Notes under the pieces: model-generated | What the model saw: only the letters and a program-made list of their open reading frames with translations | Databases searched by the model: none | Told to the model about the DNA's origin: nothing | NCBI GenBank assembly: GCA_951406725.2 | Contig: OX597816.1 | Location: forward strand, 112,158,001 to 112,222,000 | Source: Octopus vulgaris | Taxonomy: Eukaryota | Length of the DNA stretch: 64,000 nt | Direction: 5' to 3' | Made by a program: the position numbers and the translations under genes | Shown here: one piece after another, positions 49,901-64,000 of the stretch | How the letters are laid out: every line of letters begins with the position of its first letter | Numbering within the stretch: position 1 is the stretch's first letter

Positions 49901-50622
49901 GGGGGGGCATGCAAATATCATGGGTGTTGCCCTTACACATGTGATTAAGCCATAAAAAATTACCGTGTTTTATTTTAGGTAACATTATATCTACAATTGC
50001 AATCTGACATTTCGTTTGTCTATCACTTTCTCACATTTTCACAAACTAGATGTGAGAAAGTAATAGACATAAAATAACAATGGTGATGAATATATCTGTT
50101 TTTTTCATTCTAGCCTGTACTGCACAGTTTTTCTAGCATCTCACCACTCAGTATAGGCCTTCATCATCTGGGACATACAACAACAGAGAAAACATTCTAT
50201 TTACTTGTATAGATTGTATATTTTGCCATAGTTTTTCAGTTAGATGCTCATTCTATCCTGCCAGCCAGTTTACAGAGTGTACTGGGTGCTTTTATCATTC
50301 TATCCGCATTAGAAAGATCATCCACAGCAAATCTAAAATGTATCCACTAGTATACATATATCTTAATAATTCTAAATTGTTAGCATCATTTAATATGGAC
50401 AGCTCTTTGATATACAAAGTTCTTTTTTCTTTATTACACTGCATCTCTTAAAATGCAAGAATTAAAAATGTTTCTTTCTATAAATTGATATCTATAAAAA
50501 AATTACCATAAATGCAAAAATATTAAAAATATCATTATACTTCGAACTAAGTAGTATGATATTCCTTTTTATAATCATCATCACCATCATTATTATCTTC
50601 ATCATCATTGTTAATAATGTTG

Positions 50623-50656
<34 letters not shown>

Positions 50657-52189
50657 CGAAACTAAGAAAATACTTAAAAGGGGAAAAAGTGTAGAAAGAA
50701 AATATTTTTAAAAATTGCTTGAATTAAATAGTAATCAGGAATTTTCTATAAATTAATCCAAAAAATTATTTTAGATGAGACGAAAAATAAAAACATTTTT
50801 TCTTTAAAAAATTTTTTCTTTAAAAAATTTTTTCTTTAAAAACATTTTGGTTATTGAAACTAAAAGAAAAAAACAGAGCTTCCATAAAATTAGATATTGA
50901 ATTTTTTTGTTAATTTTTTCAAAAATATTTGAATATCTTTTTAATTGTTGGGGAGATTTTTTTTTTAACTCAGCTAAGTTGACAATTACCAACTATTATC
51001 AAACATTTAAACACTTCATTATATTTATTTCTTACTTTGCCTCAAAGCTACAAACTTATAGAAGAAGAGCATAGTCATTTGAAATGATGCCATATATTAC
51101 TGGTATTTAATTTATCAATCTCAGAGTACAAAAAGCAAAGATACATCCAAATAGAATTTAAACTAAAATCATAGAAAGACAAAACTAAACACTATAAGTA
51201 CTGCACATTTGCTATGAACTTGTCACCTTCAACAACACATTGTATTACAGTCTTGAGTGGGCAGACAGTGCTGATCAATGATCAAAGAGAATGATTTCAG
51301 AAATTCAATATTACTACTCTCACTTTTAAAGGTATGTTATTGTAATGGTTGATCGTTTATTATCTACGATAGAGATGCAGGGAAATATATCCTAAATCTA
51401 ATGTCAGATTGGCCTGCTTAACAGTATAAACTCTTTCTTTCTCTCTATACAAGTATATATCTCTCATTTATGAAAAGTAGAAAGACAGCAATAGCTTATA
51501 GATAAAATGGTTCCCGCTAGATCAGTTTCAGCAAATGCAGTATTTACAAATTCTAAGTAGACAAAAGAATTCTAAGTATGGAGAACATCTGTTAGTAGCA
51601 CAAGTTCGAAATGGTTTTATTATCCTCAAAATTTTAGATATTCTAAAGTGATTTTGATATGATGGGTCCAAACGTAATATGCAACTTTCTCCCCTCGACC
51701 ATTCTACTCTCTTTATTTCTTTCTTTGTTTCTCTTTCCATAGTTTATAGATTTCTTATGTAACATTTTGTTTATACTTTATACATATGTGAATCTTTTCC
51801 ATTAAATATGCTAACCCATGTGGCATGGCAAAATGGACATAAAACCAGTGAGAGATGAGAAGAAGATGTTAAGAATTATGACAAGAATGATAACATCAAT
51901 GTCTTTTACAAAACTATGTATAATGATGATGATGATGATGATGATGAAATGGATGCTGGTGACAGTAATGATGACAGTGATGTTGAATCTTGAGTTATAG
52001 ATTTCTGTTGAGAACCACTGGCTATCAAATTCTTCATAATCATTTCCATAACCTTTTGACATATTAGAAAATAAGCCAAAAATATAACAGACTGGATAAC
52101 CTCTTCTTTCCAAGGGATTAAGAATACAAGAAGTTATTTCCATAAAACAACTTAAACTGCATTGTCTCTTATAGAATTATTGGTGGTCT

Positions 52190-52227
<38 letters not shown>

Positions 52228-52274
52228 TAAATATATACACACATACACAAACAAGCACACACACATAAAGATAT

Positions 52275-52323
<49 letters not shown>

Positions 52324-53054
52324 AACATACATATACATATGCGCACACACACACACACATATATATATATACACATGCACACTGTGGTCAGTTTATTATG
52401 TACATCTAGTAATGTATAAACTGAATACTGAGTGAATATTTAAATTATATTATATGTGATATTTACCAGACATTTTCAGCAAACCAAATGTCAGATTTAT
52501 TCATTTTCACACTAACACCAGAAGAATTATACATTTTCTGAGAGCATATTTTGTTGGAAATGGCTTTTGTTGTGTTCTTAATTGAAAAGTATTATTTTAA
52601 AACTTACTGGGTGAGTTATATCTTTATGCTGTTAGGAATTCTCTTGAATGTACAAATGAGAATTTATAGTGTCAACTTGTATGTCAGTAACATAGCATTT
52701 ATGCCATGATGTGTCACAGTCATTAAAATCTTCAGCATTCAAGAGTTAGAAATATTATGCAGACAATATGAATATGTTGTCTTATAAAGCTAAGGGTTAA
52801 AACTTTATGGTGCTACATAAATGTTGGTGTGAATGAAACTTTTATTGCTAAATTTTATCACTGATTCTTTTATTCTTTTGCTGATAGCGTGCTACTTTTT
52901 CTTAGACTGTGGCCATGCTGGGGCACAGCTCTTATGTGCTTTTTGTCTTTTTCACAAGGATTTGGTCAGCCCAAGGCCATAGTAGAAGACACCTGCCGAA
53001 AGGGCCATGCAATGGGTCTGATTCTAGAACCATGTGGTTAGCAAACAAGCTTCT

Positions 53055-53272
53055 TATTTCTTTTTGCCCACAAGGGGCTAAACAAGGACAGAAAAAAGGA
53101 TTAAGTCAATTACATCGACCCCAGTGCATAACTGGTACTTATTTTATCGACCCCAAAAGGATGAAAGGCAAAGTCGACCTCGGCTGAATTTGAACTCAGA
53201 ACATAACAGCAGACGAAATACTGCTAAGCATTTCGCCCAGTGTGCTAACATTTCTGCCAGCTTGCCACCTTG
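53055..53272 (-). mobile_element. Meta-domain SINE inserted in a CORE-SINE head (52907-53316)
   Basis: CCGAGGTCGACTTTGCCTTTCATCCTTTTGGGGTCGATAAAATAAGTACCAG; AGCAAACAAGCTTCTTA repeated on both sides (about 53040 and 53288). Confidence 0.85.
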
Positions 53273-53858
53273 CTGTGTGTAGTAAGAAGCAAACAAGCTT
53301 CTTACCACACACAGCCGAACCTGAATTCTAGTTATCTACCCCACCTTATTGATGTTTATATCTCTCATGTATTTTAGTGATGATATGTGAATATTTTTAA
53401 TTAGCTGAATATTTTGAGAAGGTTAGATGCTAATCATAAGACAAAAATAATGACTCTAGCTATTTATGCATTTTTATAACTATGTTTGGATCATGGCTGA
53501 ACATTGTAGATTGTTACCAGCTTCTCAGATATATATATATATATTTCTTAAACCTATGTAGAATGCTATATCTTCTTCATGCAATCTATGTAAAACTAAA
53601 ATTTTCCCACAAGCAGTGACCAAAGTAAATGTTAAATTGCCTTCATGCTGCATCTTTCTGGTGGTTGACCTCTTCAGTGGTAATAAATCCTTTAAAATCA
53701 ATTCGCTGCAACCTGAGAAACCTGTGTTTAATGATGCTATTTTTCTACACGTCTGCTCCAATATTCTTAAATATCTTCTTTTTTTTTTGGCATTTTTCAA
53801 AATTGTGTGTGTGTAAGTGTATGTGTGTATGTGTGTGTGGTGTATGTACAGACAGACT

Positions 53859-53960
<102 letters not shown>

Positions 53961-54312
53961 AAGAAAAATAGACACAGGCAGACAGATAGATAGATAGATA
54001 GATTGATATTTTGTACCAAAGATGTAAGTGGTAAGTAGGCCTTAACATGCTACCTTGTTTAATATCACCAACTGAACCTTAGCTGCCTTTAATGGAATCT
54101 ACTCTGTTGCAAGCTTCACACCACCAGAACCCTTGTCTCCATTCATGACATCACAATTTCCTGCAGACATTGACCAACAGATTATCTTACTGTGAGGATC
54201 AATTGTATCAGTCTCACTTGTCTATGAGGGTCTGCAAAGGTCATGGACCTTGCCTTTTCTCTTCTAACATATAAAAAAACTAATTTGGAAAATATTCTTT
54301 CTTTCTCTATAT

Positions 54313-54371
<59 letters not shown>

Positions 54372-54378
54372 TCTCTGC

Positions 54379-54420
<42 letters not shown>

Positions 54421-57319
54421 CTTTCTGTTAATATTTCTGCCTCTTGTTCTCTCTTTTTCCAGTCTCATACTATTTAATCAACCCCCACTTAACACATCAA
54501 ATAATTATTATCTTTTTTCTTTAAGATTTAACAATGCTATGCTATCGTTATTAAGTGTCAGCCATATCAAACTTGAAGCTTTGACATTTCAACACATCCT
54601 AATTTTTCTTGATATTTGTATAACTTACAGCTGTCACCTGTCATAGAATTTATAATGTCACTATCTCCAATAACAATATTTTGGGTATCCTATACAATTA
54701 TAAAGAGAGACAACATATTAAGTAATCAGCTAATAAAATACTGAATTAATTAGATTAATATATTACATAGCATTTTACTCTGGAGGCAACTTGAGCATCA
54801 CACTGCATTAAGAAACTGTGAAATTGTATTTTTAAGAGTAATAGCATGACCTCACACAACTGGAAAATTCAGAAATTAAACTAAGAAAAAAAGAAACAAA
54901 TAAATATATGTTTCTGTATGTTATCTACAAATTTTTAAGAAGCTACAAAATCTAACGAGGATTAGTTTTCATGTATCAGCAAATATATCTCAAGGACAAG
55001 CTCTATATGTAACATTATTTTTAATTGGCCCTATTTTCTTACATGCTGTTCAATTGACAGTAATGCAGGAATCCTGGCTATTCTTATTCAGTAAAGAAGA
55101 AAATAAAAAGAAGATTAGTTTGTCAATGATATATTCTAGAATAGATCAGTTTCAAACATGATGTTAAAACAGAATCTACTGGCGACATAAACTTATATTT
55201 TATAGTTCAACACATATCTCTCCTTCTATTGCATATACCAATGTAATTTACTGCTATCATATGCATGTGTTTGTATGTGTGCGTGTGTGTACATATCATA
55301 TTAAAATCAATAGATTACATAAAGTATTAACAGCATGCCTTCACTAAAGTATCTTTGTAATCAACATAAGCTGGGAAGTTAAAACCAAATATGACATACG
55401 ATGGCAACACTCTCCCTTAAGCAACAAATAAACCAAGATTGTTCTGCTACTAGCAAGAACAGAAATAAAGAACTATTTCTACATTACACCAGGAAAGCTG
55501 ATAAACTATGAATTTTATATTCAGGAAGAAAAAAATATAATAAAATATAAAAAATAAACGGAAAGCAATTTTAAAATTTAACCAAAAAAAATATACTTTG
55601 AATCTTCATGCTTTTAAAATATTTCCCTGATCTTTAAAATCTTTAAAAATTCACAAAATTCTGTTAATGTAAAAAAAAAAATTAAGAAGAATTTCTTGTT
55701 CTAGCTGATTGCAATTATGGTTTGAATAAAAAGATATTTAGTAAATTTGCTGATTTGACATGTGAGTCAATGGGCAATGACACAAATGATTTCCTGAATG
55801 TATAAGTAGAAAATTACATGAGCACAGGCAAAGCTGTATGCTTTAGAAGTTTTATTTGCAATCATGTGGTTACAGTTTCAGTCCCACTGTATGACATCTT
55901 GGTTGAAAATTACCTTCTAACTGGTGTTTCGGTGGAAAGAAACTGCGAGGAAGCCTATTGTGTATGTGTGCATGCCTATGTATGTGTTTGTTATGTTGTA
56001 TGTCTGCATGCATGTGTATTTATATGTATATGTCATGAGACTTCAAAACTCAACAAGACTTAACAAGGCAAAAGAAAAGAAGATGTAAGATATAAACCTG
56101 AGTTAGAAAGCAAAACAACAGTGGCACCCCCTTGTCATTCTTGCTATCAGAATTGCAGCAGTTTGGTATGTTGTAAATGTATATCCAATCACACCTTATT
56201 GTCATTGTTATCATTATTCTCATCATTTTAATGCCTTTTTTGTCTTTTGTTTCTATTGGGGGTTTTGTTGTTTTTTCCCCTTGAGGCATGAATTATACAA
56301 ATCTGCGATACAGCCCATTTTCGTTGGGCACCATTTCCTTTATGAGAGCTAATATTCATTGCCAGATCTGACTTGTCTATTTCTTCTCACATTAATTTAT
56401 CCATCAAAATAGGTGCCACTTCACCAAGAGAAATTTGAACATGTACTCATAACGTCCTATCTCAGATACAATCTTCTCTTTTATTTTTACTATTGCCTAA
56501 ATTGTTATTCATAGTCCTACTAGATCAATATCTATAATCAGTTTCCAAATACTTTACAGCACACATGAATTTGACCCACTGAAGTATGTATAGTTTCAAA
56601 TAAAGTGTGCTTTATTTTCCAAGGGTGAGTTGAGCTCATTTCTCTGTGACTGACAAAACTCTTACAGTCGTAAAATAAACTATTTTATGATAGCTACTTA
56701 GAGTTAGTAGAACTCAAATATTGATTTAGCTAAATGTCTTCTACAGAGAGAGAGAGAAGAAGAAGAAGAAGAAGAAGAAGAAGAAATGGATTAATGAAAC
56801 AATTTGGTGCTCTAATAATACTTCTTGCTTATTGTAAAATTGTAACAACAATCAAGAACTCATTTATATTTAAAGATAAAATGCATGTTTTAAATATATT
56901 CATTGTGGTTGTAGTGCTGTAAATGATCTAACTTTATTTCTGCATTGAAAAGATAAAAACAAAATGTACATTAATATATAATTCTTGATCTCTAAAAGTA
57001 AATGAAATTTCTTACCCTTGTATTGGTAGAACCAATTCAATAAAACTATTACTTTAGTAGATGTCTCACTAAGGAAGTGTAAATTCATAGATACATTTAA
57101 ATGACTGTCTATCTATTAATTTAATTCTCTTTTAAACTGTCACTTTTCTGCTTCACACTTTTTCTTTCCCTCTTTTTCCATCCATCTAACAAGGTATACA
57201 TGGATATATATATACATACATATATGTGTGCGTGTGTATTTATATGTCTATGTATGCATGTGTGTGTATATATATCTATTTATTTAGGTCTGTTCTCACT
57301 TCGATTTCTCTATTTTCAG

Positions 57320-57438
57320 ATGAATTAACCTCAATAGTCAATTTAAACAGAGATATCCATATATCAAAATACCTCCTCAGTTATATTTGTGTTTGTTCAA
57401 ACAAAGAAAATCAAATCAGTTCAGGCAATGTGTTGTTT
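57320..57438 (+). CDS. Candidate exon (ELTSIVNLNRDIHISKYLLSYICVCSNKENQISSGNVLF)
   Basis: Polypyrimidine ..CTATTTTCAG acceptor, GTGAGT donor, open frame; no homology recognised. Confidence 0.25.
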
Positions 57439-58472
57439 GTGAGTCAGTTAGCTCAATATAACTTTACTTCTTAGTCTTCAAATTAGCAGACAGTCTTCTT
57501 GACCTAAACAAAATGAAGCAAAAAATCTATCCTCACTGAAGTAACAAGTATTTCACAGTAATATTCATAATTTCTCAGGAGATTTATTCTGTCTATGCAA
57601 AGAGAGGTATTTTGGTGCTCATTCAGAAAATTGTTATATATTAGAAATATTCTGCTTTATAGAAATAGTATTAAATATTACAATTTAAAACTGATGGTCT
57701 TAACGGTGATGGAGTGTTAATAGATATTTACAGAAAAGCAAGATAGAAAAAAAATATATGAAAACTAAAGCTGATATTTGTTGTTTTTATTTCATCACTT
57801 TTCTTTGTTTTCAAGCAAACTTTTGCTTTAATCTACTCCATTGTGAATCAAAAAATTGTTTGCTGGTTGCAAAAGTTAAATTCAATTCATGTTTTCATAT
57901 TGGAATAATTTATAGAATAATTTTTGAGAAATTGGAGAATAGAAAAATCTGATGTGAATGAACGGCTTCGAAGAAGTTAACCTTTTGCTTTGTATTTAGC
58001 CACAGGAATATTCATTTCAATCATTAAATCATCGATAAATAAGTTTTATTACAGAACAAAGCTAAGGTCTTTAAAGCTGAACCAAGAAAAAAAAAAAAAG
58101 AAAGGAAAAGGGAAAAAAAACATGAAACATAGAGCTCCTCATTAATGAAAGTCTATGTATGGTATTCTATTCATAGAATTTTTATACTAAAATAGATGTT
58201 TATTTATATTAGAGTCATCTGATGTGATTATCTTTATATTATATTCTTTCAGTTGGCTTTCTATAGCTAACAAGGGAGTGGCTATGTGCTCAACTGACCT
58301 GATAGATATAGCCAAACAAGTGTCCATTATATTTTATCCTACCTTCTGAATGATGGAAGAATAAATAGGATAATGTAATCCTATAATGTACACTATATTT
58401 GTTTAAAAGGGAAAAGAGGTTATTATGCTTGTATTGCCTTTGACCTTTGGCTGTGTGGTAGGTTAAGGAAAT

Positions 58473-58693
58473 GAAAAGGTGTGCTGAAAAGTTCCTGACT
58501 TTTAAGAGTATCACAAAAAGCCTGATTGGAGGCCCAACTTTCCAAGTTCTTTTACAGGGCATAGAAAATCTGATGGACCACTGCAATAAGGGTGTAAATC
58601 TGAGAAGGTAATATGTTAAATAAAATCATAATTAACTGATCCTCCTGTATTTTCTTTTGCCCAAAGCCAGGAATGTTTCAGCACCCTCTTGTA
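58473..58693 (+). mobile_element. Mariner-derived MITE
   Basis: TIRs GGTGTGCTGAAAAGTTCCTGACTTT and AAAGCCAGGAATGTTTCAGCACCC; interior resembles a mariner C-terminus. Confidence 0.75.
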
Positions 58694-59190
58694 TGATTTA
58701 TAGCCAGATGGTTCTGGGTTTGATCCCACATCATCGCAACTTGTACTTTTGTTTGATTTATTTCATAGACTCAGTTTTGATATATCTTGTCAACAAAATT
58801 TAGTATATGTATATCTATGCTAGAGTTGATGCCCTCAACACCTGAAGAAATTTTAAGAGTATTGCCATAACAAGAACTATTTCTTGAACATTTTAAACTT
58901 AGGAGAACCTATCTCTCACCAGGTCTGAACACATCTGTAAGAAAAAGAGAGGAGGAGAGGGGAGGAGGAAAATTAACCTTGTAATTGACTTGCATTTCTA
59001 TTTATGGATTCCAAAAGGATGGAAATTGAATTGTAATTCAAACTCAAAGCACAGAGAACCAAAATAAATACCACAAAGCATCCTATCGAATGGCTTAGTT
59101 TTATATTTACATAGATTTATATATGTGCATGTATGTGTGTGTGTGTTTGTGTGTGTGTGGAGAGAGAGAGAGTGGTGGGTGGAGAGATGT

Positions 59191-59995
59191 ATTAGGTTGG
59201 AAAGAAAGTTTTATCATATTTCAAGATGAGAAAGTAACATAAACAAATGCTTCTTTGTCTTAATTGATATATTTAATCAAGATGATATTTCCCCTAATAC
59301 TTGATAACATAATTCCATCTATTTGGCAAATTGCTGATCGCTTAAGGTGGTGAGCTGGCAGAAACGTTAGCACGCCAGGTGAAATGCTTTGCAGTATTTC
59401 GTCTGCCACTACGTTCTGAGTTCAAATTCCACCGAGGTCGACTTTGCCATTCATCCTTTCGGGGTCGATTAAATAAGTACCAGTTACGCACTGGGGTCGA
59501 TATAATCAACTTAATCCGTTTGTCTCTCCTTGTTTGTCCCTTCTGTGTTTAACCTCTTGTGGGTAATAAAGAAATAGGTATTTCATCAGTCTTTACGTTC
59601 TGAGTTCAAATTCTGCCAGGGTCGACTTTGCCTTTCATCCTTTCAGGGTCAATAAATTAAGTACCAGTTGCGTCTTAGGGCCGATCTAATCGACTGGCTC
59701 CCTCACCAAAAATTTCGGGCCTTGTGCCTAGAGTAGAAAAGAAATTGCTGATCCCTTGGGTGCAGCAAAATTTTTCGTGTATCAAAGCAAAGAAACACTC
59801 GATATCATTTTTAACCTCTTCAGAATTATCAAACTACTTTTCCTGCCAAATAATGTTGCAATGATCTGGAAAGAGGACAGTCACATGAGGTAATGTCATG
59901 AGAGTAAGGAGGATGAGGCAGAACTTCTATATTTAGTGCTATAATCTTTCTCCTGAGTGACTTGGACAGTATCTGATCTTGCCTTATCATGTAAT
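59191..59995 (-). mobile_element. Mariner 3' fragment interrupted by a SINE
   Basis: TIR TATTAGGTTGGAAAGAAAG; EVLPHPPYSHDIT..RSLQHYL. Confidence 0.75.
59345..59741 (+). mobile_element. Dimeric Meta-domain SINE with 12-bp TSD
   Basis: Two GTCGACTTTGCC.TTCATCCTTTC.GGGTC modules; TSD AAATTGCTGATC at 59328-59339 and 59742-59753. Confidence 0.9.
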
Positions 59996-60009
59996 GATTG
60001 ACCAATGAT

Positions 60010-60289
60010 TATCTTCTATCTTTTACTTGCTTCAGTCGTTCGATTGTGGCCATGCTGGGGCACTACCTTGAACAATTTGTTTTAAATCAAAATGAATTAA
60101 CATCAGTACTTCTTTTTTTAAGCCAGGTACTTATGCTATCAGTCACTTTTGCTGAACCACTAGATTAGGGGGATACAAACCCACCAACACAATTTGTCAA
60201 CTGGTGGTAGGAGGACAAACGCAAACAGAAAGACACATGTATATATATATATAAAAAAAAGAGGTGAAATCTTTTTCCTTTCCTTATAC

Positions 60290-60328
<39 letters not shown>

Positions 60329-60345
60329 GACAGGCTTCTTTCAGT
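60010..60345 (-). mobile_element. CORE-type SINE 3' part, degenerate
   Basis: Tail GTGGCCATGCTGGGGCAC and body match the family. Confidence 0.7.
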
Positions 60346-60794
60346 TCTATATTTAAGAGATGAGGAATTATGTACATTATTTACATTTGATGGATATTTG
60401 TCCTCGTCTTGTCCTCATCATCTGCATGGGATGGAGTACATGCAGTTCTTGGTTATATTCTCTTCTATTGGTGGTTTTATTCAAAGGAGATATTTGTGAG
60501 GTGTTGTATTTGTAGAAGCAAATGAAATTTGTAGAAGCAAATTTCCTACAGCCAGATGTGTTTTGTGTTGCCAACCTACACCTATTCATAAGTAAAGTAA
60601 TATTTCCCCATGGCCAGACATGTTTTCACAGAAGAGTGGAAATGATGGACACTGGATGCATGATAGTGGGTCTTGTTTACTACTATCACAGTAAGTCAAA
60701 GCCTAGAAACAGTAATACACACACACACACACACACATACACACACTAGCGCCCACATATGCACACGCACACACACACACACACATTTCATTGT

Positions 60795-61162
60795 TTATCT
60801 TTATTTGTTTCAGTCATTTTACTACAGCCATGCTGGGGAACTGCTGTGAAATGTTTTTTTAGTCAAACAAATTGACCCCACACTTTTTTTCTTTTTAAGC
60901 CTGGTACTTATTCTATCAGTCTCTATTGCCAAACCACTAAGTTTTATACATACATACATATGTATGTATGGTATGTAAGTATACATATATATATATATAT
61001 ATTTGATGGGTTTCTCAGTTTCCATCAACCAAATTCACTCACAAAGGTTTGGTCAGACCAAGGGTTATAGTAGAAGATACTTGCCCAGGGTACGACCAAG
61101 TGGGGCTGAACCTGAAACTGTGTGGTTAGGAAGCAAACTTTCTATCACACAGCTGCGTCTGC
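60795..61162 (-). mobile_element. CORE-type SINE, degenerate
   Basis: Head, CORE and tail motifs all present. Confidence 0.8.
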
Positions 61163-61300
61163 ACTTGTATATAATTAGTCATTTATATGCATCTTGCAAC
61201 TGGGAGATGAGTATGGGAAGACAAATATGTTGTTAGTTATTAAAACCAGCTTACTGAGTAAACAGACCTTTCAAAAGCCAGGGGTATGTGTGAAAATTTA

Positions 61301-61666
61301 GGCGCAGGTGTGGCTGTGTCGTAAGTAGCTTGCTTACCAACCACATAGTTCCGGGTTCATTCCCACTGCGTGGCACCTTGGGCAAGTGTCTTCTACTATA
61401 GCCTTGGGCCAACCAAAGCCTTGTGAGTGGATTTGGTAGACAGAAACTGAAAGAAGCCCATCGTCTATATGTATATATATATAAGTGTGTGTGTGTATGC
61501 TTGTGTGTCTGTGTTTGCCCCCCCAACATCACTTGACAACCCATAACTTAGACTGATAGAATAAGTACTAGGCTTACAAAGAATAAGTCCTGGGGTCAGT
61601 TTGTTCGACTAAAGGCGGTGCTCCAACATGGCAGCAGTCAAAATGACTGAAACAAGTAAAAGAGTA
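61301..61666 (+). mobile_element. CORE-type SINE with internal deletion
   Basis: GGCGCAGGTGTGGCTGTG head to GACTGAAACAAG tail. Confidence 0.9.
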
Positions 61667-62446
61667 AATAAATAGGGCTTTTGGTTGTGAAAAGGATGGG
61701 AACCAATGATACAGAAATTCAATCATTAGCATGGTCAATCCTGATGTGATTCTACATGCTTTCTTCTGTACAGTACTGATTGTCTCATTATTTTTACTAA
61801 TAATACACATTCATATGCCAATAATATCACGCTGTAATCCTCCTTAACCTTCTGCACACAGGCATAATTCTCAGTAACCTTGAATCTTCGTGTCAAACAG
61901 CACTGAATCCATAAACAGAGATGTTGGAGGCAGTTGTCAATGAGGACATGACAAACTAGTCTTTCTGAAAAGGGAAAATGGCATAATTGCTACTCAAATC
62001 AAGGAAACAATCTTGCTACATCCTTCCTGCACATAAACAACATTTATAATTAAATCCAGCAAAGTCACTACAAAACTCACAATTTTTATCTCACAGATAT
62101 AGCATAACTAAAACAGTATTTCAAAGACCAAGTTTCTTTTCCTTCTTCAGTACTAGAAAACGCATCTGAAGGAAGTGAATTAGCAGAGTTGTTAGAATAG
62201 CAGATAGAATGCCTTGTCATATATCTTCTGACTCTTTGTATTTTGAGTTCAAATCCTTCCAAGGTCAACTTTGGCTTTTCCTCTTTTTGGGGTTCATGAA
62301 AAGGTACCAATCAAACATGGTGCATGCACAGAATGGTAAAAATGTTGGAGCAGATGCTTTGCAGCATCTGTCCTGGTTTTTAACATTCTGAGTTAAATCT
62401 TGTTATGGTTTACTTGGGATGTAGACTTAGTTCATCACACCATTAC

Positions 62447-62579
62447 CTGGCACCTTGAGTGGATGCCATTAGTGGACTCCACAATGCTGTAAGCATTTGT
62501 GACGAGTCTCCACTCTGAGGATACCTCCCTCCCAGCAATGTAGGAGCCCAGTAAAAGTTCAATGATGCAGCCCTTCCAC
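62447..62579 (-). other. Exon-like 133-bp segment (host exon or decayed transposon exon)
   Basis: TTTTTTCATCTTTTAAACAG acceptor, CAG|GTAATG donor, elevated GC, two open frames. Confidence 0.35.
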
Positions 62580-62645
62580 CTGTTTAAAAGATGAAAAAAT
62601 AAATTACTGCACTACTCACAAATCTGTAGTGATTCTATTGCTATT

Positions 62646-62943
62646 GTTTTTGTTTGTTTCTTCTCGAGCCATGCCTGGCTCATAAGAGCCGGTTTCCCAA
62701 TTTCCTTGGCTTATAGGTTCCCCACCCGGATGGGATGCCGGTTCATTGCAGGTGAGCTGCAAGATGCAGGAGGAAAGAATGAGAGAGAGTTGTGGCAAAA
62801 GAGTCAGCAGAAGTTCGCCATTACCTTCTGCCGGAGCTTAGGTGTTTCGCTCATAAACACACACATTGCCCAGTCTGAGATTCGAACCCGTGATCCCTCG
62901 ACCACGAGTCTGCTGCTCTAAACACTAGGCCATGTGCCTCCAC
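62646..62943 (-). mobile_element. Full-length tRNA-derived SINE with 11-bp TSD
   Basis: GGAGGCACATGGCCTAGTG..GGGTTCGAATCTC head; TSD CTATTGCTATT at 62635-62645 and 62944-62954. Confidence 0.9.
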
Positions 62944-63779
62944 CTATTGCTATTACACACTCAAATATCCCTGGTTGCATCTAAATATAAGTCATCTGAG
63001 TGGCCAACAGTTAAAAATTTGCACTCCACCCTAGCAATCAGATGTGCTACTTTCATCTGTATTTTTTTCTACGACTACTTCTTTGGTCTCTGCTCCTCTC
63101 AATTAGCAAGCTGCACATATTTTCATCCAAGTATCCCTGATAGACTTGATTCTGTCCTTGTCATTCTAGTTGTAAGATTCTAAACAAAACTCATTGTTCA
63201 ATTCTTCTTTGCTGCTCACATTTTTTACCTCCCACTTCTACTTTTTCCTGTCAGCATCAATGTCCACAAGTTCAATATGAACATCAGTCTCAACGATGAG
63301 AAATTCTACAAAGGTAATGGACAGAGGGCAGTTTGTTCAATCAACTCATTTCTAATCTCTCAACACTTATAATGTGTTGGTGAAAACATAAACAAATCTG
63401 TGAAATATTTTATATCAAACCTCAGAAAACTTTTATTTCTTTCAGTAATTCTATATCACCCAAGAATTTATTATCAACTGAGTTTATTATAGGACTTGGT
63501 TAGAAGCAAAGGAAACATGATAAAATATGGCAATGTAATATGGTTAATTAAACAAAATGACATATGTTTAGATACCAGTACACTATATTTATAAATAATG
63601 AAAAATGTCAAACATTTAGAAATAATGCATATGTGTATGAGTATACATAAATAGAACTCCTATTGAGAGGTACTTAGAAGCTAGACACAGTAAATATATA
63701 TATTTTTTTTTTGCACTTATGACTTAAGATATTTTTCTGCATCTTTGATTAAACCAAAAACATAGATGATAAAATGACA

Positions 63780-63950
63780 CAGGCATGGCTACTACATGGA
63801 TAAAAATTTTGCTTTACAACCACATGGTTTTAGGTTCAATTCTATTGCATGGCACTTTGGAAAAGCATCTTTTATGCTATCTTTAGATTGATTAGTATCT
63901 TGTGAATTGAATTTGGCTGATAGAAATTGTGTGAAGACTCCATCCTATGT
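63780..63950 (+). mobile_element. Old CORE-type SINE head
   Basis: AACCACATGGTTTTAGGTTCAATTCTATTGCATGGCACTTTGG. Confidence 0.6.
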
Positions 63951-64000
63951 GAGGGGGAGAGTGGTTAAGAAGTTCGCTTTTCAACCATTTGGCTTCAGTT

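Overview
AT-rich, microsatellite-saturated eukaryotic DNA. The SINE repertoire (tRNA-derived CORE-, V- and Meta-domain SINEs) points to an octopus genome, which is an inference. No intact host gene is recognisable, only a few weak candidate exons. Almost all ORF-track entries are microsatellite translations. The window consists of decayed mobile elements: Penelope-like retroelements (PLEs; RT plus GIY-YIG), mariner/Tc1 copies (one nested pair), non-autonomous Helitrons, RTE and CR1/L2 LINE ends and many SINEs. The main hidden signal is about 15 type-I hammerhead-ribozyme (HHR) motifs, read by eye. They sit at PLE 3' ends, in short non-coding or fold-back elements embedded in (TA)n/(TG)n, and in one tRNA-headed SINE. 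Most have a palindromic minimal stem III, and several appear to swap the conserved core C3:G8 pair for G:C, U:A or A:U. There is also a roughly 5.6-kb inverted duplication (18382-24008) centred on PLE ends and hairpins. Coordinates were counted by hand, so edges of decayed elements are approximate.
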